Assembly (NCBI GenBank): GCA_038087875.1
Contig: CM075985.1
Location: 25,296,001 to 25,360,000, forward strand
Length of the DNA: 64,000 nt
Source: Malacoraja senta
Lineage: Eukaryota
Direction: 5' to 3'
The translations under genes were made by a program, and so were the position numbers. The notes below the pieces were generated by a model that was not told where the DNA came from, made no database searches, and worked only from the letters and a program-made list of their open reading frames with translations. Below, one piece after another: positions 27,101 through 42,100 of the stretch. Position 1 is the stretch's first letter; every line of letters starts with the position of its first letter.

Positions 27101-30100
27101 TTTCGTGGTGAGAAACTACATTTTTCGTATAAAGGAATGAACAAATATTCCTGAAGAGGGTGCTGCGTAGAACTTCACTAAACAAAGCACAGTCCTAAAG
27201 GAAAAGCTAACAAGATTGATAGATGATGTTACTAACCCGATGTAGTGCTGGTGGTGGTCTCAGTTGTTGGTGTCGTTTCTAGTGAAAGAAAGAATGCTGT
27301 ATTCAAGTGGAGCAGCCAAGAGGAATTGGTACACAGTTATAAAGCCATCAACAGCAATTCATGAGCTGGCACATTTTATGAAAGTGTTTTAATATGTAGA
27401 TTGGTTACTTCTTAATAATATATGCAAAGATAAACTGCTCAGCAACAACAGACTGTGTCCCCCGCAGCCTCTCCACGGCGTTCAGCGCCCAGCTCGCCTA
27501 TTTCACCACCTCAACTCGGTGGGTCTCCGGTGATGGCCCCGGTCAATTCCCCGGTCACTTCCCCGTCATTTCACCAGTGAATTGAATAAAGCATGCGGCC
27601 ATACTATACGGCTGCATTACTTTTTCCTTGTCAATCAGCAGCTGAATATTTCAGGGCCATCATAAACAATTTCAATTTCTTAATGTACCAACTTCAGATT
27701 TTGTGGAAGCTCAGCAAGTATTCTAAGAACTACTGATCAGAAATTTAGAACATAAGGAGCGGTAAAGTGCCACAGCTGGTGCAACTCCTACCTCACAGCA
27801 CCAGAGACTTCAGATTGATTTGTTCCACAGGTGTTGTGTGCATGGAGATTACATGTACTCCTGTTGTGTGTGCCTTTCCTACAAGTGTCTGAAATATATT
27901 GTCACTAACCTGATGTAGTACTGGTTGTGGTCTCAGTTGTTGATGTAGTTGTTGGTGTTTCTACTGAAAGAAAATAATGCAATATTCAACCAAGGCAGCC
28001 AAGAGGAATTGGTATACACCTAACTATTGGTAGTCAGGAAACCATCAGCAGGAATTCATATGCTGGCACACTTAATTAAAATGTTTAACAGATGCATTTT
28101 TGTACTTCATAGAATAAAATTGTAGGGCAAAATATACTTTTGATCAATCAGCAGCTGAATATTTCTGTGCCACGCATAATCCTGTTCTATCTACACACCA
28201 GTTGCAGATTTCATAGAAACATAGAAAATAGGTGCAGGAGTAGGCCATTCGGCCTTTCGAGCATGCACCACCATTCAATATGATCATGGCTCATCATCCA
28301 ACTCAGTATCCTGTACCTGCTTTCTCTCCATACCCCCTGATCCCTTTAGCCACAAGGGCCACATCTAACTCCCTCTTAAATATAGCCAATGAACTGGCCT
28401 CATCTAACTTCTGTGGCAGAGAATTCCAGAGTTTCACCACTCCCTGTGTGAAAAATTTCCTGGAAGATCAACCGTCTTCCAAAGGCCACAAGGTCTACTT
28501 AATACCATAATTTCTAATAGTATGGAATGTGTGTACTATGGGTAAGCATGTCTGTTCATATGTCCCATTGATACATGATTCTCAACTTGCATGAAATGTG
28601 TTCATCTTAATCATGGTTTTGTAGTTTGCTACGGAATGTCCGAAGAAATTGAGAAGCAGTAAACACCAACTCACATCCTCCACAAATCTGAATTATTTTG
28701 AAATTGTGTCATAATTTGGTAAAACTGTTATGTCAAACATTGACAGCTTAACATGTATATTTGCACAATTTATGCCAATATTGTAAGCAAAGATGCAAGA
28801 AGTAAGTCACAGAGCTGATGTTAGAAATGTTGTCTCATTGAAAGTGTTTTGACTCACCTGTTGTGGAACTGGTGGTGGACTCAGTTGTACCATTTATCAA
28901 ATATGTTGTTGGTGTTGTTCCTGAAGAGCAAATAGAAACGCATTTACAAATTGAATTGCGAGTGTCACCAATCAATTTCAGTAAGACACTGCACATTTTC
29001 CTGAGACTGGGCTGAATTTTAACAATGTTCATTGATCGTGCCTAAGCAGAGGACATTTTGAAGTTAACCAAATTTTGCTTAGTCATTTATCAAATGGACC
29101 GAAATTATGAAAAGACATTGTGATTTGTCAAAGAAAGTTCTAAACTCCTTCGTTGATCCATTTTGGAAAAATCATTGAGCAGAAACAAAACTGTTTAACA
29201 GCGTTGGCATGACCAAAAACTCCCGGAATAGTGGAAGAGGCGAAGGGAAAAGACCTTTTCTATAAAAGTGAAAATCCTTATCCATATCTACTGTAAGGTG
29301 CCAGACTCAATTCTCTTTTTAAATTATTATTGCAGGCAATCAGCACCAAAAGGCCTCCTTAATTCGGTAGTTGTTTCTATATTCTCTTGGTGAGAAACTA
29401 CATTTTTAGAATAAAGCAATGAACAAATATTCCTGAAGAGGGTGCTATATAGAGCTTCACTAAACAAAGCACAGTCCTAAAGGAAAAGCTAACAAGATTG
29501 ATAGATGATGTTACTAACCTGATGTAATGCTGGTGGTGGTCTCTGTTGTTGGTGTCGTTTCTAGTGGGAAAAAAAGAATGCTGTATTCAAGTGGGGCAGC
29601 CAAGAGGAATTGGTACGCAGTTATAAAGCCATCAACAGGAATTTATGAGCTGGCATATTTTATGAAAACGTTTTACTAGTTGTCACTTTCTTCATCAGTC
29701 AATAAAGCATGCGGCCATACTATATGGCTGCATTGATTTTTCCTCGTCTTTCAGAAATTGCAGGTGATCAGGCATTTAGTAAGATTGAGTTGGCACAGAT
29801 GTGCAGCTGGTAGAGCTGCAGCCTCACAGTGTTAGAGATTTGTATTCTATCCTGACCTCGGTTGCTGTCTATGCTGGGATTGCACGTTCTCCTTTTCACT
29901 GCCTGTGATCCCCCAATTTTTTAACAGAGGATGATACTGACCTGATGTTGTGGTGGTCCCAGATGTTGATGTAGTTGTTTCTAGTGAAATAAAAAAATGT
30001 TATGTTCCACTGAGACAAACAAGAGGAATTGTTATGCAGTTTAGAATCCTTCAACAGGAATTTATCAACTGGCTCCTTTTAATAAAACATTTTACACTTG

Positions 30101-33100
30101 ATATTTCCTTATCAGTGAATAAAGCGTGCGGCCATACAATGTGGCTGCATTACTTTTTCCTTGTCAATCAGCAGCTGAATATGTCAGGGCCATCACAAAC
30201 AATTTCAATTTCTTAATGTACCAACTTCAGATTTTGTGGAAGCTCAGCAAGTATTCCAAGAACTACTGATCAGAAATTTAGAACATAAGGAGCGGTAAAG
30301 TGCCACAGCTGGTGCAACTCCTACCTTACAGCACCAGAGACTTCAGATTGATTTGTTCCACAGGTGTTGTGTGCATGGAGATTACATGTACTCCCTGTTA
30401 TGTGTGCCGTTCCTACAAGTGTCAGAAATATATTGTCACTAACCTGATGTAGTACTGGTAGTGGTCTCAGTTGATGATGTAGTTGTTGGTGTTTCTAGCG
30501 AAAGAAAATAATGCAATATTCAACCAAGACAGCCAAGAGGAATTGGTATACAGCTAACTATTGGTAGTCAGGAAACCATCAGCAGGAATTCATATGCTGG
30601 CACACTTTATTAAAATGTTTAACAGATAGTATTTTTGTTCTTCATAGAATAAAATTGTAGGGCAAAACATACTTTTGTTCAATCAGCAGCTGAATATTTC
30701 TGTGCCATCACAAATAATCCTGTGCTATCTATACACCATTTGCGGATTTCCTGGAAGATCAACCGTCTTCCAAAGACCGCAAGGTCTACTTAATACCATA
30801 ATTTCTAATAGTATGGAATGTGTGTACTATGGGTAAGCATGTCTGTTCATATGTCCCATTGATACATGATTCTCAACTTGCATAAAATGTGTTCATATTA
30901 ATCATGGTTTTGTTTTTTGCTACGGAATGTCCGAAGAAATAGAGAAGCAGAAAACACCAACACATATCCTCCACAAATCTGAACTATTTTGAAATTGTGT
31001 CATAATTTGGTACAATTGTTATGAGCCAAACATTGACATCTTAACGTGTATATTTGCACTATTTATGCCAATAATGTAAGCAAAGATGCAAGAAGTAAGT
31101 CACAGAGCTGATGTTAGAAATGTTGTTTCATTGTCTTTGATTTGCCAATGTTTATTGAAAGTGGTTTAACTCACCTGTTGTGGAACTGGAGGTGGACTCA
31201 GTTGTACCAGTTGTCAAAGATGTTATTGGTGTTGTTCCTTGAGAGCAAATAGAAAAGCATTTACAAATTGAATTGCAAGAGTCACCAATCAATTTCAGTA
31301 CGATACTGCACATTTTCCTGAGACTGGGCTGAATTTTAACAATGTTCATTGTTCGTGCCTAAGCAAAGGACATTTAGAAGTTAACCAAATTTTGCTTCGT
31401 CATTTATCAAGCACCGAAATTATGAAAAGGCATTGTGATTTTTCAAAGAAAGTTCTGAACTCCTTTATTGATCCATTTTGGAAAAATCATTGAGCAGAAA
31501 CAAAACTGTTTAACAGCGTTGCCATGACCAAAAACTCCCGGAATAGTGGAAGAGGCGAAGGGAAGAGACCTTTTCTATAAAAGTGAAAATCCTTATCCAT
31601 GTCAACTGAAACGTGCCAGCCTCAATGCTCTTTTTAATATTATTTAGGCAACCAGCACCAAAAGGCCACCTTAATATGGTAGAGGCTTCTATATTTTCGT
31701 GGTGAGAAACTACATTTTTTGAATAAAGGAATGAACAAATATTCCTGAAGAGGGTGCTGTGTAGAACTTCAATAAACAAAGCACAGTCCTAAAGGAAAAG
31801 CTAACAAGATTGATAGATGATGTTACTAACCTGATGTAGTGCTGGTGGTGGTCTCAGTTGTTGGTGTCGTTTCTAGTGAAAGAAAGAATGCTGTATTCAA
31901 GTGGAGCAGCCAAGAGGAATTGGTACACAGTTATAAAGCCATCAACAGCAATTCATGAGCTGGCACATTTAATGAAAGTGTTTTAATATGTAGATTGGTT
32001 ACTTCTTAATAATATATGCAAAGATAAACTGCTCAGCAACAACAGACAGTGTCCCCCGCGGCCTCTCCACGGCGTTCAGCGCCCAGCTCGCCTATTTCAC
32101 CACCTCAACTCGGTGGGTCTCCGGTGATGGCCCCGGTCACTTCCCCGGTCACTTCCCCGTCATTTCACCAGTGAATTGAATAAAGCATGCGGCCATACTG
32201 TACGGCTGCATTTCTTTTTCCTTGTCAATCAGCAGCTGAATATTTCAGGGCCATCATAAACAATTTCAATTTCTTAATGTAACAACTTCAGATTTTGTGG
32301 AAGCTCAGCAAGTATTCTAAGAACTATTGATCAGAAATTTAGAACATAAGGAGCGGTAAAGTGCCACAGCTGGTGCAACTCCTACCTCACAGCACCAGAG
32401 AATTCAGTTGATTTGTTCCACAGGTGTTGTGTGCATGGAGATTACATGTACTCCTGTTGTGTGTGCCTTTCCTACAAGTGTCTGAAATATATTGTCACTA
32501 ACCTGCTGTAGTACTGGTTGTGGTCTCAGTTGTTGATGTAGTTGTTGGTGTTTCTACTGAAAGAAAATAATGCAATATTCAACCAAGGCAGCCAAGAGGA
32601 ATTGGTATACACCTAACTATTGGTAGTCAGGAAACCATCAGCAGGAATTCATATGCTGGCACACTTTATTAAAATGTTTAACAGATGGCATTTTTGTTCT
32701 TCGTAAAATAAAATGGCAGGCCAAATTATATCTGATCAATCAGCAGCTGAATATTTCTGTGCCTTCACAAATAAACATGTTCTCACTATATACCAGTTGC
32801 AGATTTCCTGGAACATCAACCGTCTTCCAAATACCGCAAGGTCTACTTAATACCATATTTTCTAATACCATTATTCGTTGATTAACTTTAAAAAAAAAAT
32901 CTTTGAGCTGAAACAAAACTGTTTAACAGCGTTGCCATGACCAAAAACTCCCGGAATAGTGGAAGAGGCGAAGGGAAGAGACCTTTTCTATAAAAGTGAA
33001 AATCCTTATCCATGTCTACTGAAAGGTGCCAGACTCAATTCACTTTTTAAATTATTATTGCAGGCAATCAGCACCAAAAGGCCTCCTTAATTCGGTAGTT

Positions 33101-36100
33101 GTTTCTATATTTTCTTGGTGAGAAACTACATTTTTGGAATAAAGCAATGAACAAATATTCCTGAAGAGGGTGCTGTGTAGAACTTCACTAAACAAAGCAC
33201 AGTCCTAAAGGAAAAGCTAACAAGATTGATAGATGATGTTACTAACCTGATGTAGTGCTGGTGGTGGTCTCAGTTGTTGGTGTCGTTTCTAGTGAAAAAA
33301 AAGAATGCTGTATTCAAGTGGGGCAGCCAAGAGGAATTGGTACGCAGTTATAAAGCCATCAACAGGAATTCATGAGCTGGCAAATTTTATGAAAACGTTT
33401 TACTAGTTGTCACTTTCTTCATCAGTCAATAAAGCATGCGGCCATACTATATGGCTGCATTGATTTTTCCTCGTCTTTCAGAAATTGCAGCTGATCAGGC
33501 ATTTAGTAAGATTTAGTTGGCACAGATGTGCAGCTGGTAGAGCTGCAGCCTCATAGTGTTAGAGATTTGTATTCTATCCTGACCTCGGTTGCTGTCTATG
33601 CTGGGATTGCACGTTCTCCTTTTCACTGCCTGTGATCCCCCAAGTTTTTAACAGAGGATGATACTGACCTGATGTTGTGGTGGTCCCAGATGTTGATGTA
33701 GTTGTTTCTAGTGAAATAAAAAAATGTTATGTTCCACTGAGACAAACAAGAGGAATTGTTATGCAGTTTAGAATCCTTCAACAGGAATTTATCAACTGGC
33801 ACCTTTTAATAAAACATTTTACACATGATATTTCCTTATCAGTGAATAAAGCATGCGGCCATACAATGCGGCTGCATTACTTTTTCCTTGTCAATCAGCA
33901 GCTGAATATGTCAGGGCCATCACAAACAATTTCAATTTCTTAATGTACCAACTTCAGATTTTGTGGAAGCTCAGCAAGTATTCCAAGAACTACTGAACAG
34001 AAATTTAGAACATAAGGAGCGGTAAAGTGCCACAGCTGGTGCAACTCCTACCTCACAGCACCAGAGACTTCAGATTGATTTGTTCCATGGGTGTTGTGTG
34101 CATGGAGATTACATGTACTCCCTGTTATGTGTGCCTTTCCTACAAGTGTCAGAAATATATTGTCACTAACCTGATGTAGTACTGGTAGTGGTCTCAGTTG
34201 TTGATGTAGTTGTTGGTGTTTCTAGTGAAAGAAAATAATGCAATATTCAACCAAGACAGCCAAGAGGAATTGGTATAGAGCTAATTATTGGTAGTCAGGA
34301 AACCATCAGCAGGAATTCATATGCTGGCACACATTATTAAAATGTTTAACAGATGGCATTTTTGTTCTTCATAGAATAAAATTGTAGGGCAAAACATACT
34401 TTTGATCAATCAGCAGCTGAATATTTCTGTGCCATCACAAATAATCCTGAGCTATCTATATACCAGTTGCGGATTTCCTGGAAGATCAACCGTCTTCCAA
34501 AGACCGCAAGGTCTACTTAATACCATAATTTCTAATAGTATGGAATGTGTGTACTATGGGTAAGCATGTCTGTTCATATGTCCCATTGATACATGATTCT
34601 CAACTTGCATAAAATGTGTTCATATTAATCATGGTTTTGTTTTTTGCTACGGAATGTCCGAAGAAATAGAGAAGCAGAAAACACCAACACATATCCTCCA
34701 CAAATCTGAACTATTTTGAAATTGTGTCATAATTTGGTACAATTGTTATGAGCCAAACATTGACATCTTAACGTGTATATTTGCACAATTTATGCCAATA
34801 ATGTGAGCAAAGATGCAAGAAGTAAGTCACAGAGCTGATGTTAGAAATGTTGTTTCATTGTCTTTGATTTGCCAATGTTTATGGAAAGTGGTTTCACTCA
34901 CCTGTTGTGGAACTGGAGGTAGACTCAGTTGTACCAGTTGTCAAAGATGTTGTTGGTGTTGTTCCTAAAGAGCAAATAGAAAAGCATTTACAAATTGAAT
35001 TGCAAGAGTCACCAATCAATTTCAGTACGATACTGCACATTTTCCTGAGACTGGGCTGAATTTTAACAATGTTCATTGTTCGTGCCTAAGCAAAGGACAT
35101 TTAGAAGTTAACCATATTTTGCTTCGTCATTGATCAAGGACCGAAATTATGAAAAGACATTGTGATTCTTCAAAGAAAGTTCTGAACTCCTTTATTGATC
35201 TATTTTGGAAAAATCATTGAGCAGAAACAAAACTGTTTAACAGCGTTGCCATGACCAAAAACTCCCGGAATAGTGGAAGAGGCGAAGGGAAGAGACCTTT
35301 TCTATAAAAGTGAAAATCCTTATCCATGTCAACTGAAAAGTGCCAGCCTCTATGCTCTTTTTAAAATTATTTAGGCAACCAGCACCAAAAGGCCACCTTA
35401 ATATGGTAGAGGCTTCTATATTTCCGTGGTGAGAAACTACATTTTTTGAATAAAGGAATGAACAAATATTCCTGAAGAGGGTGCTGTGTAGAACTTCACT
35501 AAACAAAGCACAGTCCTAAAGGAAAAGCTAACAAGATTGATAGATAATGTTACTAACCTGATGTGGTGCTGGTGGTGGTCTCAGTTGTTGGTGTCGTTTC
35601 TAGTGAAAGAAAGAATGCTGTATTCAAGTGGAGCAGCCAAGAGGAATTGGTACACAGTTATAAAGCCATCAACAGCAATTCATGAGCTGGCACATTTTAT
35701 GAAAGTGTTTTAATATGTAGACTGGTTACTTCTTAATAATATATGCAAAGATAAACTGCTCAGCAACAACAGACTGTGTCCCCCGCGGCCTCTCCACGGC
35801 GTTCAGCGCCCAGCTCGCCTATTTCACCACCTCAACTCGGTGGGTCTCCGGTGATGGCCCCGGTCACTTCCCCGTCATTTCACCAGTGAATTGAATAAAG
35901 CATGCGGCCATACTATACGGCTGCATTACTTTTTCCTTGTCAATCAGCAGCTGAATATTTCAGGGCCATCATAAACAATTTCAATTTTTTAATGTACCAA
36001 CTTCAGATTTTGTGGAAGCTCAGCAAGTATTCTAAGAACTACTGATCAGAAATTTAGAACATAAGGAGCGGTAAAGTGCCACAGCTGGTGCAACTCCTAC

Positions 36101-39100
36101 CTCGCAGCACCAGAGAATTCAGATTGATTTGTTCCACAGGTGTTGTGTGCATGGAGGTTACATGTACTCCTGTTGTGTGTGCCTTTCCTACAAGTGTCTG
36201 AAATATATTGTCACTAACCTGATGTAGTACTGGTTGTGGTCTCAGTTGTTGATGTAGTTGTTGGTGTTTCTACTGAAAGAAAATAATGCAATATTCAACC
36301 AAGGCAGCCAAGAGAAATTGGTATACACCTAACTATTGGTAGTCAGGAAACCATCAGCAGGAATTCATATGCTGGCACACTTTATTAAAATGTTTAACAG
36401 ATGGCATTTTTGTTCTTCGTAGAATAAAATGGCAGGCCAAATTATATCTGATCAATCAGCAGCTGAATATTTCTGTGCCATCACAAATAAACCTGTTCTC
36501 TCTATATACCAGTTGCAGATTTCCTGGAAGATCAACCGTCTTCCAAATACTGCAAGGTCTACTTAATACCATATTTTCTAATACCATTATTCGTTGATCC
36601 ATTTTTGAAAAATCTTTGAGCTGAAACAAAACTGTTTAACAGCGTTGCCATGACCAAAAACTCCCGGAATAGTGGAAGAGGCGAAGGGAAGAGACCTTTT
36701 CTATAAAAGTGAAAATCCTTATCGATGTCTACTGAAAGGTGCCAGACTCAATTCACTTTTTAAATTATTATTGCAGGCAATCAGCACCAAAAGGCCTCCT
36801 TAATTCGGTAGTTGTTTCTATACTTTCTTGGTGAGAAACTACATTTTTGGAATAAAGCAATGAACAAATATTCCTGAAGAGGGTGCTGTGTAGAACTTCA
36901 CTAAACAAAGCACAGTCCTAAAGGAAAAGCTAACAAGATTGATAGATGATGTTACTAACCTGATGTAGTGCTGGTGGTGGTCTCAGTTGTTGGTGTCGTT
37001 TCTAGTGAAAAAAAAGAATGCTGTATTCAAGTGGGGCAGCCAAGAGGAATTGGTACGCAGTTATAAAGCCATCAACAGGAATTCATGAGCTGGCATATTT
37101 TATGAAAACGTTTTACTAGTTGTCACTTTCTTCATCAGTCAATAAAGCATGCGGCCATACTATATGGCTGCATTGATTTTTCCTCGTCTTTCAGAAATTG
37201 CAGCTGATCAGGCCTTTAGTAAGATTTAGTTGGCACAGATGTGCAGCTGGTAGAGCTGCAGCCTCATAGTGTTAGAGATTTGTATTCTATCCTGACCTCG
37301 GTTGCTGTCTATGCTGGGATTGCACGTTCTCCTTTTCACTGCCTGTGATCCCCCAAGTTTTTAACAGAGGATGATACTGACCTGATGTTGTGGTGGTCCC
37401 AGATGTTGATGTAGTTGTTTCTAGTGAAATAAAAAAATGTTATGTTCCACTGAGACAAACAAGAGGAATTGTTATGCAGTTTAGAATCCTTCAACAGGAA
37501 TTTATCAACTGGCACCTTTTAATAAAACATTTTACACATGATATTTCCTTATCAGTGAATAAAGCATGCGGCCATACAATGCGGCTGCATTACTTTTTCC
37601 TTGTCAATCAGCAGCTGAATATGTCAGGGCCATCACAAACAATTTCAATTTCTTAATGTACCAACTTCAGATTTTGTGGAAGCTCAGCAAGTATTCCAAG
37701 AACTACTGAACAGAAATTTAGAACATAAGGAGCGGTAAAGTGCCACAGCTGGTGCAACTCCTACCTCACAGCACCAGAGACTTCAGATTGATTTGTTCCA
37801 TGGGTGTTGTGTGCATGGAGATTACATGTACTCCCTGTTATGTGTGCCTTTCCTACAAGTGTCAGAAATATATTGTCACTAACCTGATGTAGTACTGGTA
37901 GTGGTCTCAGTTGTTGATGTAGTTGTTGGTGTTTCTAGTGAAAGAAAATAATGCAATATTCAACCAAGACAGCCAAGAGGAATTGGTATACAGCTAATTA
38001 TTGGTAGTCAGGAAACCATCAGCAGGAATTCATATGCTGGCACACATTATTAAAATGTTTAACAGATGGCATTTTTGTTCTTCATAGAATAAAATTGTAG
38101 GGCAAAACATACTTTTGATCAATCAGCAGCTGAATATTTCTGTGCCATCACAAATAATCCTGAGCTATCTATATACCAGTTGCGGATTTCCTGGAAGATC
38201 AACCGTCTTCCAAAGACTGCAAGGTCTACTTAATACCATAATTTCTAATAGTATGGAATGTGTGTACTATGGGTAAGCATGTCTGTTCATATGTCCCATT
38301 GATACATGATTCTCAACTTGCATAAAATGTGTTCATATTAATCATGGTTTTGTTTTTTGCTACGGAATGTCCGAAGAAATAGAGAAGCAGAAAACACCAA
38401 CACATATCCTCCACAAATCTGAACTATTTTGAAATTGTGTCATAATTTGGTACAATTGTTATGAGCCAAACATTGACATCTTAACGTGTATATTTGCACA
38501 ATTTATGCCAATAATGTGAGCAAAGATGCAAGAAGTAAGTCACAGAGCTGATGTTAGAAATGTTGTTTCATTGTCTTTGATTTGCCAATGTTTATGGAAA
38601 GTGGTTTGACTCACCTGTTGTGGAACTGGAGGTGGACTCAGTTGTACCAGTTGTCAAAGATGTTGTTGGTGTTGTTCCTTGAGAGCAAATAGAAAAGCAT
38701 TTACAAATTGAATTGCAAGAGTCACCAATCAATTTCAGTACGATACTGCACATTTTCCTGAGACTGGGCTGAATTTTAACAATGTTCATTGTTTGTGCCT
38801 AAGCAAAGGACATTTAGAAGTTAACCAAATTTTGCTTCGTCATTTATCAAGGACCGAAATTATGAAAAGACATTGTGATTTTTCAAAGAAAGTTCTGAAC
38901 TCCTTTATTGATCCATTTTGGAAAAATCATTGAGCAGAAACAAAACTGTTTAACAGCGTTGCCATGACCAAAAACTCCCGAAATAGTGGAAGAGGCGAAG
39001 GGAAGAGACCTTTTCTATAAAAGTGCCAGCCTCTATGCTATTTTTAAAATTATTTAGGCAACCAGCACCAAAAGGCCACCTTAATATGGTAGAGGCTTCT

Positions 39101-42100
39101 ATATTTTCGTGGTGAGAAACTACATTTTTTGAATAAAGGAATGAACAAATATTCCTGAAGAGGGTGCTGTGTAGACCTTCACTAAACAAAGCACAGTCCT
39201 AAAGGAAAAGCTAACAAGATTGATAGATGATGTTACTAACCTGATGTAGTGCTGGTGGTGGTCTCAGTTGTTGGTGTCGTTTCTAGTGAAAGAAAGAATG
39301 CTGTATTCAAGTGGAGCAGCCAAGAGGAATTGGTACACGGTTATAAAGCCATCAACAGCAATTCATGAGCTGGCACATTTAATGAAAGTGTTTTAATATG
39401 TAGATTGGTTACTTCTTAATAATATATGCAAAGATAAACTGCTCAGCAACAACAGACTGTGTCCCCCGCGGCCTCTCCACGGCGTTCAGCGCCCAGCTCG
39501 CCTATTTCACCACCTCAACTCGGTGGGTCTCCGGTGATGGCCCCGGTCACTTCCCCGGTCACTTCCCTGTCATTTCACCAGTGAATTGAATAAAGCATGC
39601 GGCCATACTATACGGCTGCATTACTTTTTCCTTGTCAATCAGCAGCTGAATATTTCAGGGCCATCATAAACAATTTCAATTTCTTAATGTACCAACTTCA
39701 GATTTTGTGGAAGCTCAGCAAGTATTCTAAGAACTACTGATCAGAAATTTAGAACATAAGGAGCGGTAAAGTGCCACAGCTGGTGCAACTCCTACCTCAC
39801 AGCACCAGAGAATTCAGATTGATTTGTTCCACAGGTGTTGTGTGCATGGAGATTACATGTACTCCTGTTGTGTGTGCCTTTCCTACAAGTGTCTGAAATA
39901 TATTGTCACTAACCTGATGTAGTACTGGTTGTGGTCTCAGTTGTTGATGTAGTTGTTGGTGTTTCTACTGAAAGAAAATAATGCAATATTCAACCAAGGC
40001 AGCCAAGAGGAATTGGTATACACCTAACAATTGGTAGTCAGGAAAACATCAGCAGGAATTCATATGCTGGCACACTTTATTAAAATGTTTAACAGATGGA
40101 ATTTTTGTTCTTCGTAGAATAAAATGGCAGGCCAAATTATATCTGATCAATCAGCAGCTGAATATTTCTGTGCCATCACAAATAAACCTGTTCTCTCTAT
40201 ATACCAGTTGCAGATTTCCTGGAAGATCAACCGTCTTCCAAATACCGCAAGGTCTACTTAATACCATATTTTCTAATACCATTATTCGTTGATCCATTTT
40301 TGAAAAATCTTTGAGCTGAAACAAAACTGTTTAACAGCGTTGCCATGACCAAAAACTCCCGGAATAGTGGAAGAGGCGAAGGGAAGAGACCTTTTCTATA
40401 AAAGTGAAAATCCTTATCCATATCTACTGTAAGGTGCCAGACTCAATTCACTTTTTAAATTATTATTGCAGGCAATCAGCACCAAAAGGCCTCCTTAATT
40501 CGGTAGTTGTTTCTATATTTTCTTGGTGAGAAACTACATTTTTGGAATAAAGCAATGAACAAATATTCCTGAAGAGGGTGCTATATAGAGCTTCACTAAA
40601 CAAAGCACAGTCCTAAAGGAAAAGCTAACAAGATTGATAGATGATGTTACTAACCTGATGTAATGCTGGTGGTGGTCTCTGTTGTTGGTGTCGTTTCTAG
40701 TGAAAAAAAAGAATGCTGTATTCAAGTGGGGCAGCCAAGAGGAATTGGTACGCAGTTATAAAGCCATCAACAGGAATTCATGAGCTGGCATATTTTATGA
40801 AAACGTTTTACTAGTTGTCACTTTCTTCATCAGTCAATAAAGCATGCGGCCATACTATATGGCTGCATTGATTTTTCCTCGTCTTTCAGAAATTGCAGCT
40901 GATCAGGCATTTAGTAAGATTGAGTTGGCACAGATGTGCAGCTGGTAGAGCTGCAGCCTCATAGTGTTAGAGATTTGTATTCTATCCTGACCTCGGTTGC
41001 TGTCTATGCTGGGATTGCACGTTCCCCTTTTCACTGCCTGTGATCCCCCAAGTTTTTAACAGAGGATAATACTGACCTGATGTTGTGGTGGTCCCAGATG
41101 TTGATGTAGTTGTTTCTAGTGAAATAAAAAAATGTTATGTTCCACTGAGACAAAGAAGAGGAATTGTTATGCAGTTTAGAATCCTTCAACAGGAATTTAT
41201 CAACTGGCACCTTTTAATAAAACATTTTACACTTGATATTTCCTTATCAGTGAATAAAGCGTGCGGCCATACAATGCGGCTGCATTACTTTTTCCTTGTC
41301 AATCAGCAGCTGAATATGTCAGGGCCATCACAAACAATTTCAATTTCTTAATGTACCAACTTCCGATTTTGTGGAAGCTCAGCAAGTATTACAAGAACTA
41401 CTGATCAGAAATTTAGAACATAAGGAGCGGTAAAGTGCCACAGCTGGTGCAACTCCTACCTCACAGCACCAGAGACTTCAGATTGATTTGTTCCATGGGT
41501 GTTGTGTGCATGGAGATTACATGTACTCCCTGTTATGTGTGCCTTTCCTACAAGTGTCAGAAATATATTGTCACTAACCTGATGTAGTACTGGTAGTGGT
41601 CTCAGTTGATGATGTAGTTGTTGGTGTTTCTAGTGAAAGAAAATAATGCAATATTCAACCAAGACAGCCAAGAGGAATTGGTATACAGCTAACTATTGGT
41701 AGTCAGGAAACCATCAGCAGGAATTCATATGCTGGCACACTTTATTAAAATGTTTAACAGATGGTATTTTTGTTCTTCATAGAATAAAATTGTAGGGCAA
41801 AACATACTTTTGATCAATCAGCAGCTGAATATTTCTGTGCGATCACAAATAATCTTGTGCTATCTATACACCAGTTGCGGATTTCCTGGAAGATCAACCG
41901 TCTTCCAAAGACCGCAAGGTCTACTTAATACCTTAATTTCTAATAGTATGGAATGTGTGTACTATGGGTAAGCATGTCTGTTCATATGTCCCATTGATAC
42001 ATGATTCTCAACTTGCATAAAATGTGTTCATATTAATCATGGTTTTGTTTTTTGCTACGGAATGTCTGAAGAAATAGAGAAGCAGAAAACACCAACACAT

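Noticed and set aside
28280-28510. 76-aa plus-strand ORF
   Set aside because: Antisense of the CR1 fragment running into intron sequence.
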